Shown in pieces: positions 46,601-56,100 of a stretch of DNA of 64,000 nt. A program made the position numbers and the translations under genes. Source of the DNA: an uncultured Gammaproteobacteria bacterium (lineage in GTDB: Bacteria; Patescibacteriota; Microgenomatia; UBA8517); assembly GCA_964502815.1 (NCBI GenBank), contig CAZCXV010000002.1, forward strand, positions 22,802 to 86,801. The letters are read 5' to 3'. Below the pieces are notes generated by a model that was not told the origin of the DNA, searched no databases, and was given only the letters and a program-made list of their open reading frames with translations. The first letter of the stretch is position 1. Each line of letters begins with the position of its first letter.

Positions 46601-47372
46601 TAATACCTTTTGCAAGACCAATAAGCTTGTCAAACAACTCTTCTGTTCGCTCTAGGGTCATCTTCTCTTCTTCTCCTAAAGCGGTTGTTTTTTTTCTTGA
46701 ATCAAGATCAATTTCAGAAACAGCAAGGCCAGCCTGTTCCTTGTCTTTTATTTTTTCCTTAGTCTTTTCTCTCCTGGTTTGGGCATCTTTTTCAAGAAGT
46801 TCCCTTCTTTCGCCGTAAGCTTCTTTAATTTCTGCTAGTTTTGCTTCCTTTGCGGTGACCAGTTTTTTTATTGCATCAAACCTTTTGTCTTCATCAGTTG
46901 CAATAACCAAATATCTGGCAAAGTAAACTACCTGCTCAATTGCTCTTGGTGGAAGATCAAGAAGAAGAGATATCTTTGATGGTGCCCCTTTAAAAAACCA
47001 AACGTGAACAACGGGAGCTGCAAGAGAAATATGACCCATTCTTTCCCGTCTCACCCTAGCTTCAGTCACTTCAACTCCACATTTGTCGCAAATGACTCCC
47101 TTGTATCTAATTCTTTTGTACTTTCCGCAGTAACACTCCCAATCTTTAGTAGGGCCAAAAATTCTCTCATCAAAAAGGCCATCTTTTTCGGGTTTTAAAG
47201 TTCGATAGTTAATCGTCTCAGGCTTTGTTACCTCGCCATGCGACCAAATTCTAATCTCCTCAGGCGACGCCAGCCTGATCTTTAGTGCTTTAAAGTCTTC
47301 TAAGTTTCTTAAATCAAGCAATGTGTCTGTAGTGGTGTTGCTCATATATTTATTTTTTAGTCTCCTCGACAA
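43623..47372 (-). CDS. rpoC: DNA-directed RNA polymerase subunit beta'
   Basis: Zinc site CYCGKYKRIRYKGVICDKCGVEV and catalytic NADFDGDQMAVH loop; 1249 aa. Confidence 0.95.
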   Translation of the reverse strand: MSRRLKNKYMSNTTTDTLLDLRNLEDFKALKIRLASPEEIRIWSHGEVTKPETINYRTLKPEKDGLFDERIFGPTKDWECYCGKYKRIRYKGVICDKCGVEVTEARVRRERMGHISLAAPVVHVWFFKGAPSKISLLLDLPPRAIEQVVYFARYLVIATDEDKRFDAIKKLVTAKEAKLAEIKEAYGERRELLEKDAQTRREKTKEKIKDKEQAGLAVSEIDLDSRKKTTALGEEEKMTLERTEELFDKLIGLAKGIRKLGFLSEEEYDELSSYDAGDFIEVKMGAEAILNVIEKLNLEEIAVEIRKELEDTDIRGAKFIKLTKRLKIIDGMRTAKVHPGWTIMRVLPVLPPDLRPMVQLSGGRFATSDLNDLYRRVINRNNRLKHLITLGAPEIILRNEKRMLQEAVDSLIDASQRKATRRGRGKQTLRSLSDMLRGKQGRFRQNLLGKRVDYSGRSVIIVGPELRLTECGLPKEMALEMFKPFVLREMIVRGVAPNVKSAKNMLERRPPEVFDILEEITKNHPVLLNRAPTLHKLGIQAFYPILIEGNAIRVHPAVCSGFNADFDGDQMAVHIPLSAKAIEEAKTLIMSDKNLLRVSDGSPSTSPSSKEMALGVYYLTSDDPRIKVYGTVFADSGEALTAYQGGHVELRQTISVRVEGKIIDTTAGRILFNEVLPSEFGFINESVNSSLIKEILTKSFAMVGEDQVVKLIDDIKDLGFVGGTVSGLSFGVVDAQILPEKNKIIEEANIRVSEIEENFAQGLITAEEKRRLTQEVWIETTEEIADRTWEIIEPTGAIRVVIDAKVGRTSRDQIKQLAGMRGLVTDPTGKIVELPIKSNFREGLSVFEYVASGRGSRKGLTDTAIKTADAGYLTRRLVDVTHDMLVRVEDCGSKEGIEIKKSVRGNVFAKRIFGRFAASDIKTPKGKVIVKKGVFIDEEVAKKLSESEVGTAIIRSPLTCLTKYGVCQKCYGWNLADKKIVQIGVPVGVVAAQSIGEPGTQLTLRTKHSGGVIGVDVTQGLPRVEELFEARIPKILSPIAEITGKIKVDETESGWKVTIKGTGKQKDEREYIIPKASKLVVENGQLVAPGVQLASGSLDLKEILNVSGLKATQEYLVNELQAVYESQGIPINDRHFEVIVRKMTDEVKISNAGETQYLPGDIIEKAKIEEENIKMNEEGKKLASFKQIVSGVTRRALHTDSWLSAASFEQTTDILTDASLRGRVDRLLGLKENVIIGRLIPVTPDRITT

Positions 47373-50300
47373 TTATTTCCTCCATAGCCTCCGGCCCGTC
47401 TTTGATAAGTTCTATCAATGCCATTTCCTCGGCCAACACGTCTTCTTTCTTCTCAATTTTTTCATTTGCTGATTCTACCTGAGTTTCTTGCCCATCGCTA
47501 ACTTTCTTAATTACACCTTCGGCATAAATTCCCAAACCTAGAGAGTTTAGTTCCCTAACCAAAACCTTAAAAGATTCTGGAACTTTTGCTTCTGGAATTG
47601 GCTCACCTTTGACGATTGCTCCAAAAGCCTGGGCACGACCTACAATATCGTCAGATTTGATAGTCAACATTTCCTGCAAGGTGTGTGCAGCTCGGTGAGA
47701 TTCAAGCGCCCAAACTTCCATTTCTCCAAGTCTTTGCCCTCCCATTTGGGCCTTGCCGCCCAAAGGCTGCTGAGTAACAAGCGAGTATGGCCCAGTACTT
47801 CTTGCGTGCGTCTTGTCCTCAACCATGTGTTTCAATTTCATGATGTAGCTGATGCCTACTACCGTATCTTCCTTAAACGGTTCTCCAGTTCTGCCATCAA
47901 TAAGTCTGGCTTTTCCAGTTTTTGGCAAACCAGCGCTTTCGAGTTCTTCAAAAACGGTTGTCTCTTTTATCGGGTCAAAAACCGGCAGAGCCCCGGTCTC
48001 GCCTTTTTTCTTTAAGGCCCAACCCAAATGACATTCCAAAAGCTGCCCCAAGTTCATTCGAGCAAGAACTGAAAGAGGAGAAATGATGATGTCAACTGGT
48101 GTTCCGTCTTCAAGATAAGGCATATCAGCTGCCGGCATCATCTTAGCAATAACTCCTTTGTTTCCATGTCTACCGGCAATTTTATCTCCAACCATTACTT
48201 TTCTAATTTGGGCAACTTTAACGACTATTGATTTTATTACTCCAGGTCCTAAGTCATCACCTTTTACTCTATCTAAAATATTGACTTCAGTTATAATTCC
48301 ACCCTCTCCATGAGGAATCCGAAGAGAAGTATCTCTCACTTCTCTAGCCTTCTCGCCAAAAATGGCTCTCAAGAGTCTTTCTTCGCTCGTTAATTCAGTC
48401 TCCCCTTTTGGAGCAATTTTTCCAACCAAAATATCATTTGGTCCAACTTCTGCACCTAAAACAACAACCCCTTCTTCATCCAAGTTGGCAAGTTCATCTT
48501 CGCCAACGTTTGGAATGTCTGCGGTCACTTCCTCAGGTCCTAATTTTGTTTCAACAACGTCTGCCTGATATTCCTTAATATGAATAGAGGTTAAAAGATC
48601 GTCTTTAACCAATCTCTCTGAGATTAAGATAGCGTCTTCAAAACCATAACCCATAAAAGAGGTGTAGGCCACTACCATATTCTGGCCAAGTGCCAATTCG
48701 CCCTCTTCAGACGCTGGTCCGTCGATAATCAAGTCACCTTTTTTAACCTTTTGACCGGAAATCACTTTCACTTTTTGGTTGTAGGCGGTTGATTGGGCAG
48801 TTCGTAAAAATTTGGTGACGTGATAGATTGCCTTTTTGCCGCCATCTACCATTTCACAATCTCCCTGCGGTTCACCTGCGAATTTTTTGTCCAATTTAAT
48901 CTCAATCGTCTGAGCGTCTGCATATTCAACTACACCGTCAAATTCACTTCTGACAACCCGACCCATGGCGGAAGCAATCCCACTCTCCATGCCAGTTCCA
49001 ACAACTGGAGCCGCAGGATTTACTAAAGGCACAGCCTGACATTGCATATTTGAGCCCATTAAAGCACGGTTACCTTCGTCATGAGCAAGAAAAGGAATTA
49101 GAGAAGCCGATGCGCCAAAAACTTGTCTTGGGGTAATATCTATTAAATCAATAAGTTCGGGTGAGCCTTCCAAGAAAGAGCCTTTAAATCTTAAAGGTAC
49201 GCGTGTAGAAGTAATAAAACCGTCTTTGTCTACTTCTATCCCTGAGTGGGTGATATGCATTTCTTCTTCATCATCTGCCGTCAAATAAACTGTTTGCTCG
49301 GTAATCTTGGCCTTAAACTCTTTTCCCGACTTCACTTTTTCGACCACTCGGTAAGGAGTTTCCAAGAAACCATATTCGTTGACCCGAGCGTACAAAGCCA
49401 AGTACGTCACCAGTCCAATATTTGGTCCCTCCGGGCTTCTAACTGGATCAATTCTGCCATATTGAGAAGAATTGACATCGCGGATGGAAAAAGATGCCCG
49501 CTCTCTGTTTATACCTCCTGGCCCCAAAACTGTAACACGCCTTAAGTTGTCAATTTCACTTAAAGGATTGGTGTCATCTAAAATTTGGGACAACTGTGAG
49601 GTTCTATAAAACTCATTTAAAGCCGCAATTAAAGGCCTAGCATTAATTAGGATTGACGGCTGTGGTTTGTCGTCTGGAGAAATCAAACTCATTTTTTCTT
49701 TAACTGACCGCTCTAATCTTAGTAGCCCTACTCTAAAGGCGTGAGTTGCCACTAATTCTCCAACTCTTCTCAATCGTCTATTGGAGAGGTGATCAATATC
49801 GTCTACTCTGCCTGTTCCGTTTTGAAGTCCGATTAAATATTTCAGAGTGGCAACAACGTCATCCCGAGTCAAAACCCAGTTTTGTGGGGAATTTTCAATC
49901 TCAAGGCTCAGTCTTTTATTAATTTTATATCTACCGACTTTTCCCAAGTCATATCTTCTGGCGTCCGTAAATAGGGAATTGAAAAGTCCTTGAGCGTTAT
50001 CCAAAAGAGCCGGCTCTCCAGGCCTCATCTTTTTGTAAATTTCAATTAGAGCCTCCTCCTTAGTCTTCGTTGGATCTTTGGCAATAGTTTTTGAAATATA
50101 TTGGTGATCCTTGTGGATATCAACAACTCCAAAGACTTCCTTAATTTCCCTATCAGAATCCATGCCAAATGCCCGAAGAAAAGTTATGGCATTTACTTTT
50201 CTGCGTTTGTCAATACGAGCTGAGATAACGTCATTTTTTGATACTTCAAATTCCAACCAGGAGCCATGCATTGGCCTAACCTCCGCCATATAAAGCATGC

Positions 50301-50739
50301 GGCCGGTAGAATTATCCAAGTCGCCCGCAAAATAAACTCCAGGAGATCTAACTAACTGGTTGATAACTGCTCTTTCAATGCCTGAGATAATAAATGTTCC
50401 AGATTTGGTCATTTGAGGAATATCGCCAAGATAAACTTCCTGAGAGACCTCTTCACCGGTCTTTTTGTTTATTAAGGTTGCAATAATTTTAAAAGGGGAA
50501 GAAAAAGTAAGCCCTTTTTCGCGAGCAAATTTTGGCGTAATAGATGGTTCTTCGAGTGCTGGCTCGGAAAGAACTAATTGCCAATTTTTTCCAGTGAAGT
50601 CGTCTATTGGGGAGATTTCCTTGAGTTCTTGGGCGATGCCTTCTTCTAGAAACCATTTCCATGATTCCCTTTGGACCTGAGAAAGATCCATTGTTGGCAG
50701 ATTCTTTTCAATTTTTCCAAAATTTCGCCTTTGAGCCAT
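47350..50739 (-). CDS. rpoB: DNA-directed RNA polymerase subunit beta
   Basis: Start at MAQRRNFGKIE (track ORF extends to 50808 across a terminator hairpin); rifampicin-cluster region FFGSSQLSQFMDQ-like LSQILDDTNPLSE and C-terminal GGQRLGEMEVWALE. Confidence 0.95.
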   Translation of the reverse strand: MAQRRNFGKIEKNLPTMDLSQVQRESWKWFLEEGIAQELKEISPIDDFTGKNWQLVLSEPALEEPSITPKFAREKGLTFSSPFKIIATLINKKTGEEVSQEVYLGDIPQMTKSGTFIISGIERAVINQLVRSPGVYFAGDLDNSTGRMLYMAEVRPMHGSWLEFEVSKNDVISARIDKRRKVNAITFLRAFGMDSDREIKEVFGVVDIHKDHQYISKTIAKDPTKTKEEALIEIYKKMRPGEPALLDNAQGLFNSLFTDARRYDLGKVGRYKINKRLSLEIENSPQNWVLTRDDVVATLKYLIGLQNGTGRVDDIDHLSNRRLRRVGELVATHAFRVGLLRLERSVKEKMSLISPDDKPQPSILINARPLIAALNEFYRTSQLSQILDDTNPLSEIDNLRRVTVLGPGGINRERASFSIRDVNSSQYGRIDPVRSPEGPNIGLVTYLALYARVNEYGFLETPYRVVEKVKSGKEFKAKITEQTVYLTADDEEEMHITHSGIEVDKDGFITSTRVPLRFKGSFLEGSPELIDLIDITPRQVFGASASLIPFLAHDEGNRALMGSNMQCQAVPLVNPAAPVVGTGMESGIASAMGRVVRSEFDGVVEYADAQTIEIKLDKKFAGEPQGDCEMVDGGKKAIYHVTKFLRTAQSTAYNQKVKVISGQKVKKGDLIIDGPASEEGELALGQNMVVAYTSFMGYGFEDAILISERLVKDDLLTSIHIKEYQADVVETKLGPEEVTADIPNVGEDELANLDEEGVVVLGAEVGPNDILVGKIAPKGETELTSEERLLRAIFGEKAREVRDTSLRIPHGEGGIITEVNILDRVKGDDLGPGVIKSIVVKVAQIRKVMVGDKIAGRHGNKGVIAKMMPAADMPYLEDGTPVDIIISPLSVLARMNLGQLLECHLGWALKKKGETGALPVFDPIKETTVFEELESAGLPKTGKARLIDGRTGEPFKEDTVVGISYIMKLKHMVEDKTHARSTGPYSLVTQQPLGGKAQMGGQRLGEMEVWALESHRAAHTLQEMLTIKSDDIVGRAQAFGAIVKGEPIPEAKVPESFKVLVRELNSLGLGIYAEGVIKKVSDGQETQVESANEKIEKKEDVLAEEMALIELIKDGPEAMEEIIVEETKK

Positions 50740-50783
50740 GAGGGTAATTTTATTAGTCCCTGGGTAAATACCCAGTGACATGC

Positions 50784-50804
50784 AAAAACCCGTCCGAAGA
50801 CGGG
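50784..50804 (-). terminator. terminator-like hairpin CCCGTC-UUCG-GACGGG + U5 in the rpoB leader (candidate attenuator)
   Basis: Plus 50789-50804 inverted repeat with a UUCG tetraloop on the minus-strand RNA, followed by TTTTT (plus 50784-50788); ~45 nt upstream of the rpoB ATG; a second hairpin CTGGGT-ATTT-ACCCAG follows. Confidence 0.5.
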
Positions 50805-50831
50805 ACAACCTAAAAATTAGGCTTAAGGGTA

Positions 50832-50859
50832 ATTATAGCTACAAATCAAAGAGTGTCAA
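50832..50859 (-). promoter_or_regulatory. consensus promoter TTGACA-16-TATAAT upstream of the rpoB leader
   Basis: Minus-strand -35 TTGACA (plus 50854-50859), 16-nt spacer, -10 TATAAT (plus 50832-50837), directly after the mltG stop. Confidence 0.45.
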
Positions 50860-50870
50860 CTATCAAAATT

Positions 50871-51845
50871 TCAAAGATATTTTCTAATGTTCTCGTTGTG
50901 TTCTTCAAGAGTCCTTGCAAAGTGAATTTTTCCTTTGCTGTCATGAATGTAATACCAATATTCTGACTCTTCGGGGCTTATCGCAGCTTTTATGGAAGAT
51001 AGGCCAGGGGAGGCAATAGGGGAAGGGGGAAGCCCAGGGTGGGCATAGGTATTAAAAGGAGAATTGATGTCTATATCTGCCTTGGTTAACTTCTCCCAAT
51101 AATTATCCAGCTTTACAGTACTTTTCAATTTTGAACTGGCAACAGCGTACTGAACAGAAGCGTCAATTTGTAGTGGCCAACCTGTTTTCAGTCTTTTCAA
51201 AATTATGCCCGCAACAACTGGTTTTTCTTCCTCGCTACTTGTTTCTCTTTCCAAGAGGGAAGCGATAATCACTTGTTTTTGGGAAGGAGAAAAATCTTTA
51301 GTTTTCAAGTCAAAAGTTGAGGAAAGTTTAGTCACGACTTTTTGAGCAGAAGTGGTTTTTTCAAAAAGATAGGTATCTGGAAATAAATAGCCTTCTTTGT
51401 CTTTAGTCAAACTCAAAAATTCAACTTTAAAATCAAGTGCTTTTTGATCCTTTAGAGAAAAGGAAGTTACAAACTTATCTGCAATCTCTTCTCTTCTTAG
51501 TCCTTCAGGAATAGTCACCCATACTTGCCTAGGTCCTCTTAAAAGCTCAGAAATTACCTTAATCATCGACAGGGAAGGGGAGAGTTCATATTGACCTGGC
51601 TGGATCCTACCCTCAGTACCAGTTATTTTGGTATAAATTTTAAAAACCAGTGCATTTTGAATAAGTCCTTCCCTTTCCAGATTATTTGCAATCTTCATTG
51701 CCCCACTCCCCTTGGTTATTAAAAATTGTTTATTTTCAAGAGATTTTGAAACAGGTAGGATGTTTTGGTTAAACCAAAGATAACCGCCAAGTCCTGCGAA
51801 TACTAGCAAAATAAAAACAATTGGAATAAGTAGCCTTTTGATCAT
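50871..51845 (-). CDS. mltG: endolytic murein transglycosylase MltG (YceG family)
   Basis: N-terminal TM (MIKRLLIPIVFILLVFAGLGGYLWF), YceG-like body (ITKGSGAMKIANNLEREGLI, IPEGLRREEIADKF, DTYLF, conserved E in LLERETSSEEE). Start at internal Met; track ORF 50871..52016. Confidence 0.75.
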   Translation of the reverse strand: MIKRLLIPIVFILLVFAGLGGYLWFNQNILPVSKSLENKQFLITKGSGAMKIANNLEREGLIQNALVFKIYTKITGTEGRIQPGQYELSPSLSMIKVISELLRGPRQVWVTIPEGLRREEIADKFVTSFSLKDQKALDFKVEFLSLTKDKEGYLFPDTYLFEKTTSAQKVVTKLSSTFDLKTKDFSPSQKQVIIASLLERETSSEEEKPVVAGIILKRLKTGWPLQIDASVQYAVASSKLKSTVKLDNYWEKLTKADIDINSPFNTYAHPGLPPSPIASPGLSSIKAAISPEESEYWYYIHDSKGKIHFARTLEEHNENIRKYL

Positions 51846-51879
51846 ATCTCTTAGAGTATAACTTAAACAAAGAAGGAAA

Positions 51880-52080
51880 TTAAACTTCCTCAAGGAGGGC
51901 TCTTCTGTAGGTCTTTTTGGTAGTGTCGTAAATATAGATACGCCTGCATTTGCAGTGAATCTTTTCAAAGCCTTTTTTGAAGTTTTCCTTTTTGCCTTTT
52001 GCAAGAGGCATTCCACAACCTACACACTGTCCCTGGGACAGAAGCCAAGCCTGGATTGGTGCGATTACATTTTTAAACAT
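51880..52080 (-). CDS. small zinc-ribbon protein (66 aa)
   Basis: CVGCG...HCKC cysteine pairs; sits between ruvX and mltG, where Bacillus has the small yrzB gene. Confidence 0.3.
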   Translation of the reverse strand: MFKNVIAPIQAWLLSQGQCVGCGMPLAKGKKENFKKGFEKIHCKCRRIYIYDTTKKTYRRALLEEV

Positions 52081-52090
52081 TTATTTATAC

Positions 52091-52483
52091 TTATTTGTAT
52101 TGTACCTGATCCAAATAACTTTGCAAGATAATGGCAGCTGCATAAGCGTCTTCCATATCTTTTCTCTTCTTTCTTTTGATGCCAGCCTCACGAGCCAGAA
52201 ATTGGGCGTCTAAGGAAGATAAAGTTTCATCGTGGAAAACTACCTCAATATTAAGTTTCTCTTTTAATTTCTTACCAAACTCAAGTGCATCTTTTTTTGA
52301 ATCTCTTTCACTCTTCCCCACCACTATTCTCTCAATATTGTGCGACTTAATTATTTTTGTCAGTTTTTCAATTAGTTTTTCTTCACTTGAATACCTGATA
52401 ACTTCCAAAGGTTCAGAAATTTTGGTCTCGGCAAGAGCCACCCCTACTTTGGCTTGCCCGAAGTCAATTCCTAATAGCCGCAT
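52091..52483 (-). CDS. ruvX: Holliday junction resolvase-like RuvX/YqgF
   Basis: MRLLGIDFGQAKVGVALAE (RNase H-like first strand with catalytic D), ...KDMEDAYAAAIILQSYLD C-terminus. Confidence 0.8.
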   Translation of the reverse strand: MRLLGIDFGQAKVGVALAETKISEPLEVIRYSSEEKLIEKLTKIIKSHNIERIVVGKSERDSKKDALEFGKKLKEKLNIEVVFHDETLSSLDAQFLAREAGIKRKKRKDMEDAYAAAIILQSYLDQVQYK

Positions 52484-53120
52484 TTGCCTCCTCTGGTGGA
52501 ACAATCCTAGCTTTTACTACAAGTCTTTTTGGTCTGGTTGGATCTCCTGGTGGGGTACAGGTAACAAGGGTTAAAAATGAATCGCTCAAGTTTTGTTCCA
52601 ATACTTGGGCATCAGTTGGAACTACTTCGGTCATACTTTCGATTCGATATTTATAGCTCACGCCGTCATATGCCACAAACACTTCATCATTCATTTTTAG
52701 CCTATCCAAAGTTGAAAAAATGGTAATGTAGCTTTTGGGGTCAAAAAAAGCCGGTAAAACTGAATGGCCAAAAACCACCGCATTGCCTCTCTTTCCTGGA
52801 ACTGCAGTTCCAGGGTATTGAATTAAATGTTCTGCCAAATCTTCTCCACCAATTGCTACAGCTGCATTTTCAATTTTTAACTTTGGGATAGAAATAGTAT
52901 AAAAAACAACATTATTCGAACCAAAATCACCTGGTTTGGATTCTGGCAACCAGTTTGACAATTTCGAATAATCAATACCGTTAGTTTTCGTAAAAGTCGC
53001 AAACTTCTGGTCTTTGGTTAAATTGTAGCTAACTATTGGATAAAACACCCAGACAATAATTCCTAGGCCAACTAGACCACTGGTAATTGCAATTAATCTT
53101 AGTATTAGTTTTGTCTTCAT
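52464..53120 (-). CDS. sortase family transpeptidase
   Basis: N-terminal TM, catalytic GHSV (His) and TLVTCTPPG (TLxTC Cys) motifs, conserved Arg in RLVVKARIV. Confidence 0.7.
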   Translation of the reverse strand: MKTKLILRLIAITSGLVGLGIIVWVFYPIVSYNLTKDQKFATFTKTNGIDYSKLSNWLPESKPGDFGSNNVVFYTISIPKLKIENAAVAIGGEDLAEHLIQYPGTAVPGKRGNAVVFGHSVLPAFFDPKSYITIFSTLDRLKMNDEVFVAYDGVSYKYRIESMTEVVPTDAQVLEQNLSDSFLTLVTCTPPGDPTRPKRLVVKARIVPPEEANAAIRN

Positions 53121-53187
53121 ATTTCTAAGTCTCTCACAATTTAGCAAATCTACAACACACTCCACAAGAGATATCCTTTAAAGAAGT

Positions 53188-56100
53188 TTAAGAGCTTGTG
53201 TTTTTCTCCCACAAAACATCCATATCGTCAATCATGTATGGCGGGTTGTAAGAAAATCTTTTAGTCGTTTGGAATTTATATGATTTTCCAACTTCAGATA
53301 TTCTTTTTTCTATAGCTTTTTCAAATCCCCCACCTGTTCTATTAGTTCTAATAGCTGTATTTTTTGAAACTAATATCTTATCAAAATCATTGTTATTGGC
53401 AAATTGCTCTACTTTTTTTATTATTCCCACAAATAATGCTTCTTCATCTACGGAATATAGGTATGTACTTGAAGGATTGAAGGAGACTGACAACAGTTTT
53501 TGACCGTTTTCTTCGTATGCATGCATCAATACCAAACCCTGACAGATTGCTGTTTCTGGGTCTTTAAACACCAACTGCAAATACTCGGGCATATTCCACA
53601 TCTCTTCATCACCTGAAACACACACTCCTCCTACCATTCTTGCATTTGCTGTTTCTTTTGTCTTTGAGATATAGCCATACAAAACTTCTCTTTGCTTTCC
53701 AGAAAGTGATTCAAACTTTTCAAGTTCATCTTGTATTGCAAGTCTTTCCAATTCAAAGATATCTATAAACCTCTGGGCAGTGTATGAAGCAAACTGTTCA
53801 TCATCATATTTTCCACTTCTAATATTTGCTTCTACATTTAATGCCTCTTGCAAATTTATTTCCCCCAAATGTGTCCCTGAATCTATTTCACCATTAGTTA
53901 TTAACTTATATGCAGCTAGTGTTTTTTCTCTTTGTGACCTTAACTGAGCATAAAAAGCTTTAGTGCGCGCCTTGGGAGATTCTGTTTTATCATTAGACAA
54001 GTAATCCACAAAACTCTCGTAGCGATCAACGATTCTATCGATAGATGGTCTCATTTCTTGCCATTGTATTTCCAATTCCTCCTTTTTCTTCCTTAAGCCA
54101 TTCCTATCTTCTTCAAGTTGTTTTATCTTTTCTTTTCTTTCATCAACAATCTTAATTGCACCTGCCTTACCTATATTCTTTTGAACTCGTGATATTTCAT
54201 TATCTATATTTGCAATATCATCTAATACCTGAGCTGCTGGAATTATTACATTAAAAAATGGAATTCTATTAGGAACTACTTCCATATTTTTCTTTATTTT
54301 TTCGGCGCTACTCAAAATTTTAACAACTTGTCGAGCGAAGCTATCTGATAATCCCAGCCTGTCAATTTGCAATCTATTGATTTCATCTTGTCTTTCAGAA
54401 CTGGATGCTTCTTCAGATAATTTCTTAAAATATTCCGGCATTGCATCTGCAATAGTTTTGTTTTCCCACGCAAATTGAACGATTCTCCTGTGTACCTCTT
54501 TTATCCTGTCTGCATAGAATGTTTCCAATTCACATAAAAGTGCATATTGAGGATTATTTGCAATTCCTACTCTATCTCTTGTTCCAGCAATATAATCTGC
54601 TATATCTTCAAACTCTGCAAACTCATACTTGATTATCAAACTCTTAATTACTTCTGGATCTAAACTTTTTGTTCCATATATTGAATCAGATAGAACTAAA
54701 AATAACTTTTCTTCAGCTGTTTTAACTTCCGCTAAATTAACACTTTGCAATCCACCGATTTCTACAATTTGAGCTAATGTTTCATCAAGGTTAACAATTA
54801 GTAATTCCATTGCTTTTTGTTTGTCATAATTAAAATCTTTCATTTGGTCAGCCACAGCATATATTGGAGTTTGAATATTTTCATGAACTTGCAAATTCAA
54901 TTGTTGTCCATCTTTAACCCTAATTTCTGCTTGAGATAGTAAATCTATTTCATATCTGGGATCAATTTTATATTTTGCCAAATCTTGTGATCTGTCTTCA
55001 CATTTTTCGTTTTCCGTGTAAGATGACCAACCACTAGCATTCTCTGCATAAACATGCCTGAGTAAGTCTTTATAAAACGGCTTTTTCCGTTCTTCTTCAG
55101 AGATTATTTCTTCACCAGTCATTTTCTCGGCCAAACCTTTAAGTTGAACCATAAACATCTTCTCACTTCCATTTTGTTTGGCTTGCTTGTAAGCTTCAAC
55201 AATACCAGGAGTTATAACCCTAAATTGTTTTGCAAATTCTATAATTAGACTTCGTTCGCTTTGATCTATTACTCCTGCATCTAAACATTCTTTATATCCT
55301 CTAATAATAGAGTCTGACTTTTGTCCAAACTCTCCAATTAACCTACCAAGAAATTTGACATCCTCAGTAGTTTCCATCAGTTCTCCATGGTTAGAAAAAA
55401 CGAAATTCCAAATCTCGGACATTTTTTCACCAAGTAATGATTTTGCGTATTTCGGTATCGAGAAAATTCCTTCTAGCTCGATTTCCGTATTTCTTATCGC
55501 ATTGGTAACTTCTTGAGAAGTCAAGTATCTCAATATTTCCAACTTCTGTTGGTTTTCGTAAATTTCAGCGGACAAAGATATTACTCTTTGTAGACGTATG
55601 AGCGCATCTTTTTGTCCAATGCGGTCTCCTATTTCACTTTCAACAACCATAAAAAGCAATTTGTCTCTGAGCAGTTTTTGAAAATAGAAGCTTTTAATAT
55701 CAACCCAACCTTTTAGTTTAGGTCTACCATCTCGCATAGCATCCATGGTTTTTTCAATTTCCAATAATTTATTGTCGGTCTCAAACAAAGAAGCCGCCTC
55801 TTGCTGCGAAATTGTTCCCCTTGAAATTAAGAGATCTGCAAGTGTCTGAGTCCTTAAAGTTTCTGCAGCCAAGGATAATAATTCAGGATTTCTGTCCTCT
55901 ACATTAGTTAATATTGATATTGCAAATTCTTCTGCTTTTCTTGAACCAAGTGATACTATTCTATCGCTACCCCCAAGTATCCAACCTTCCAACACCTTTC
56001 TGTTGTTTTCAAGTCCTGGATATTTTGTGATAGCAGCGTCAATAATTTGCTGCCAGTCTGATCGTTTTGAGAGTTCATTTAAGGCGGTATTGACTGCTGA

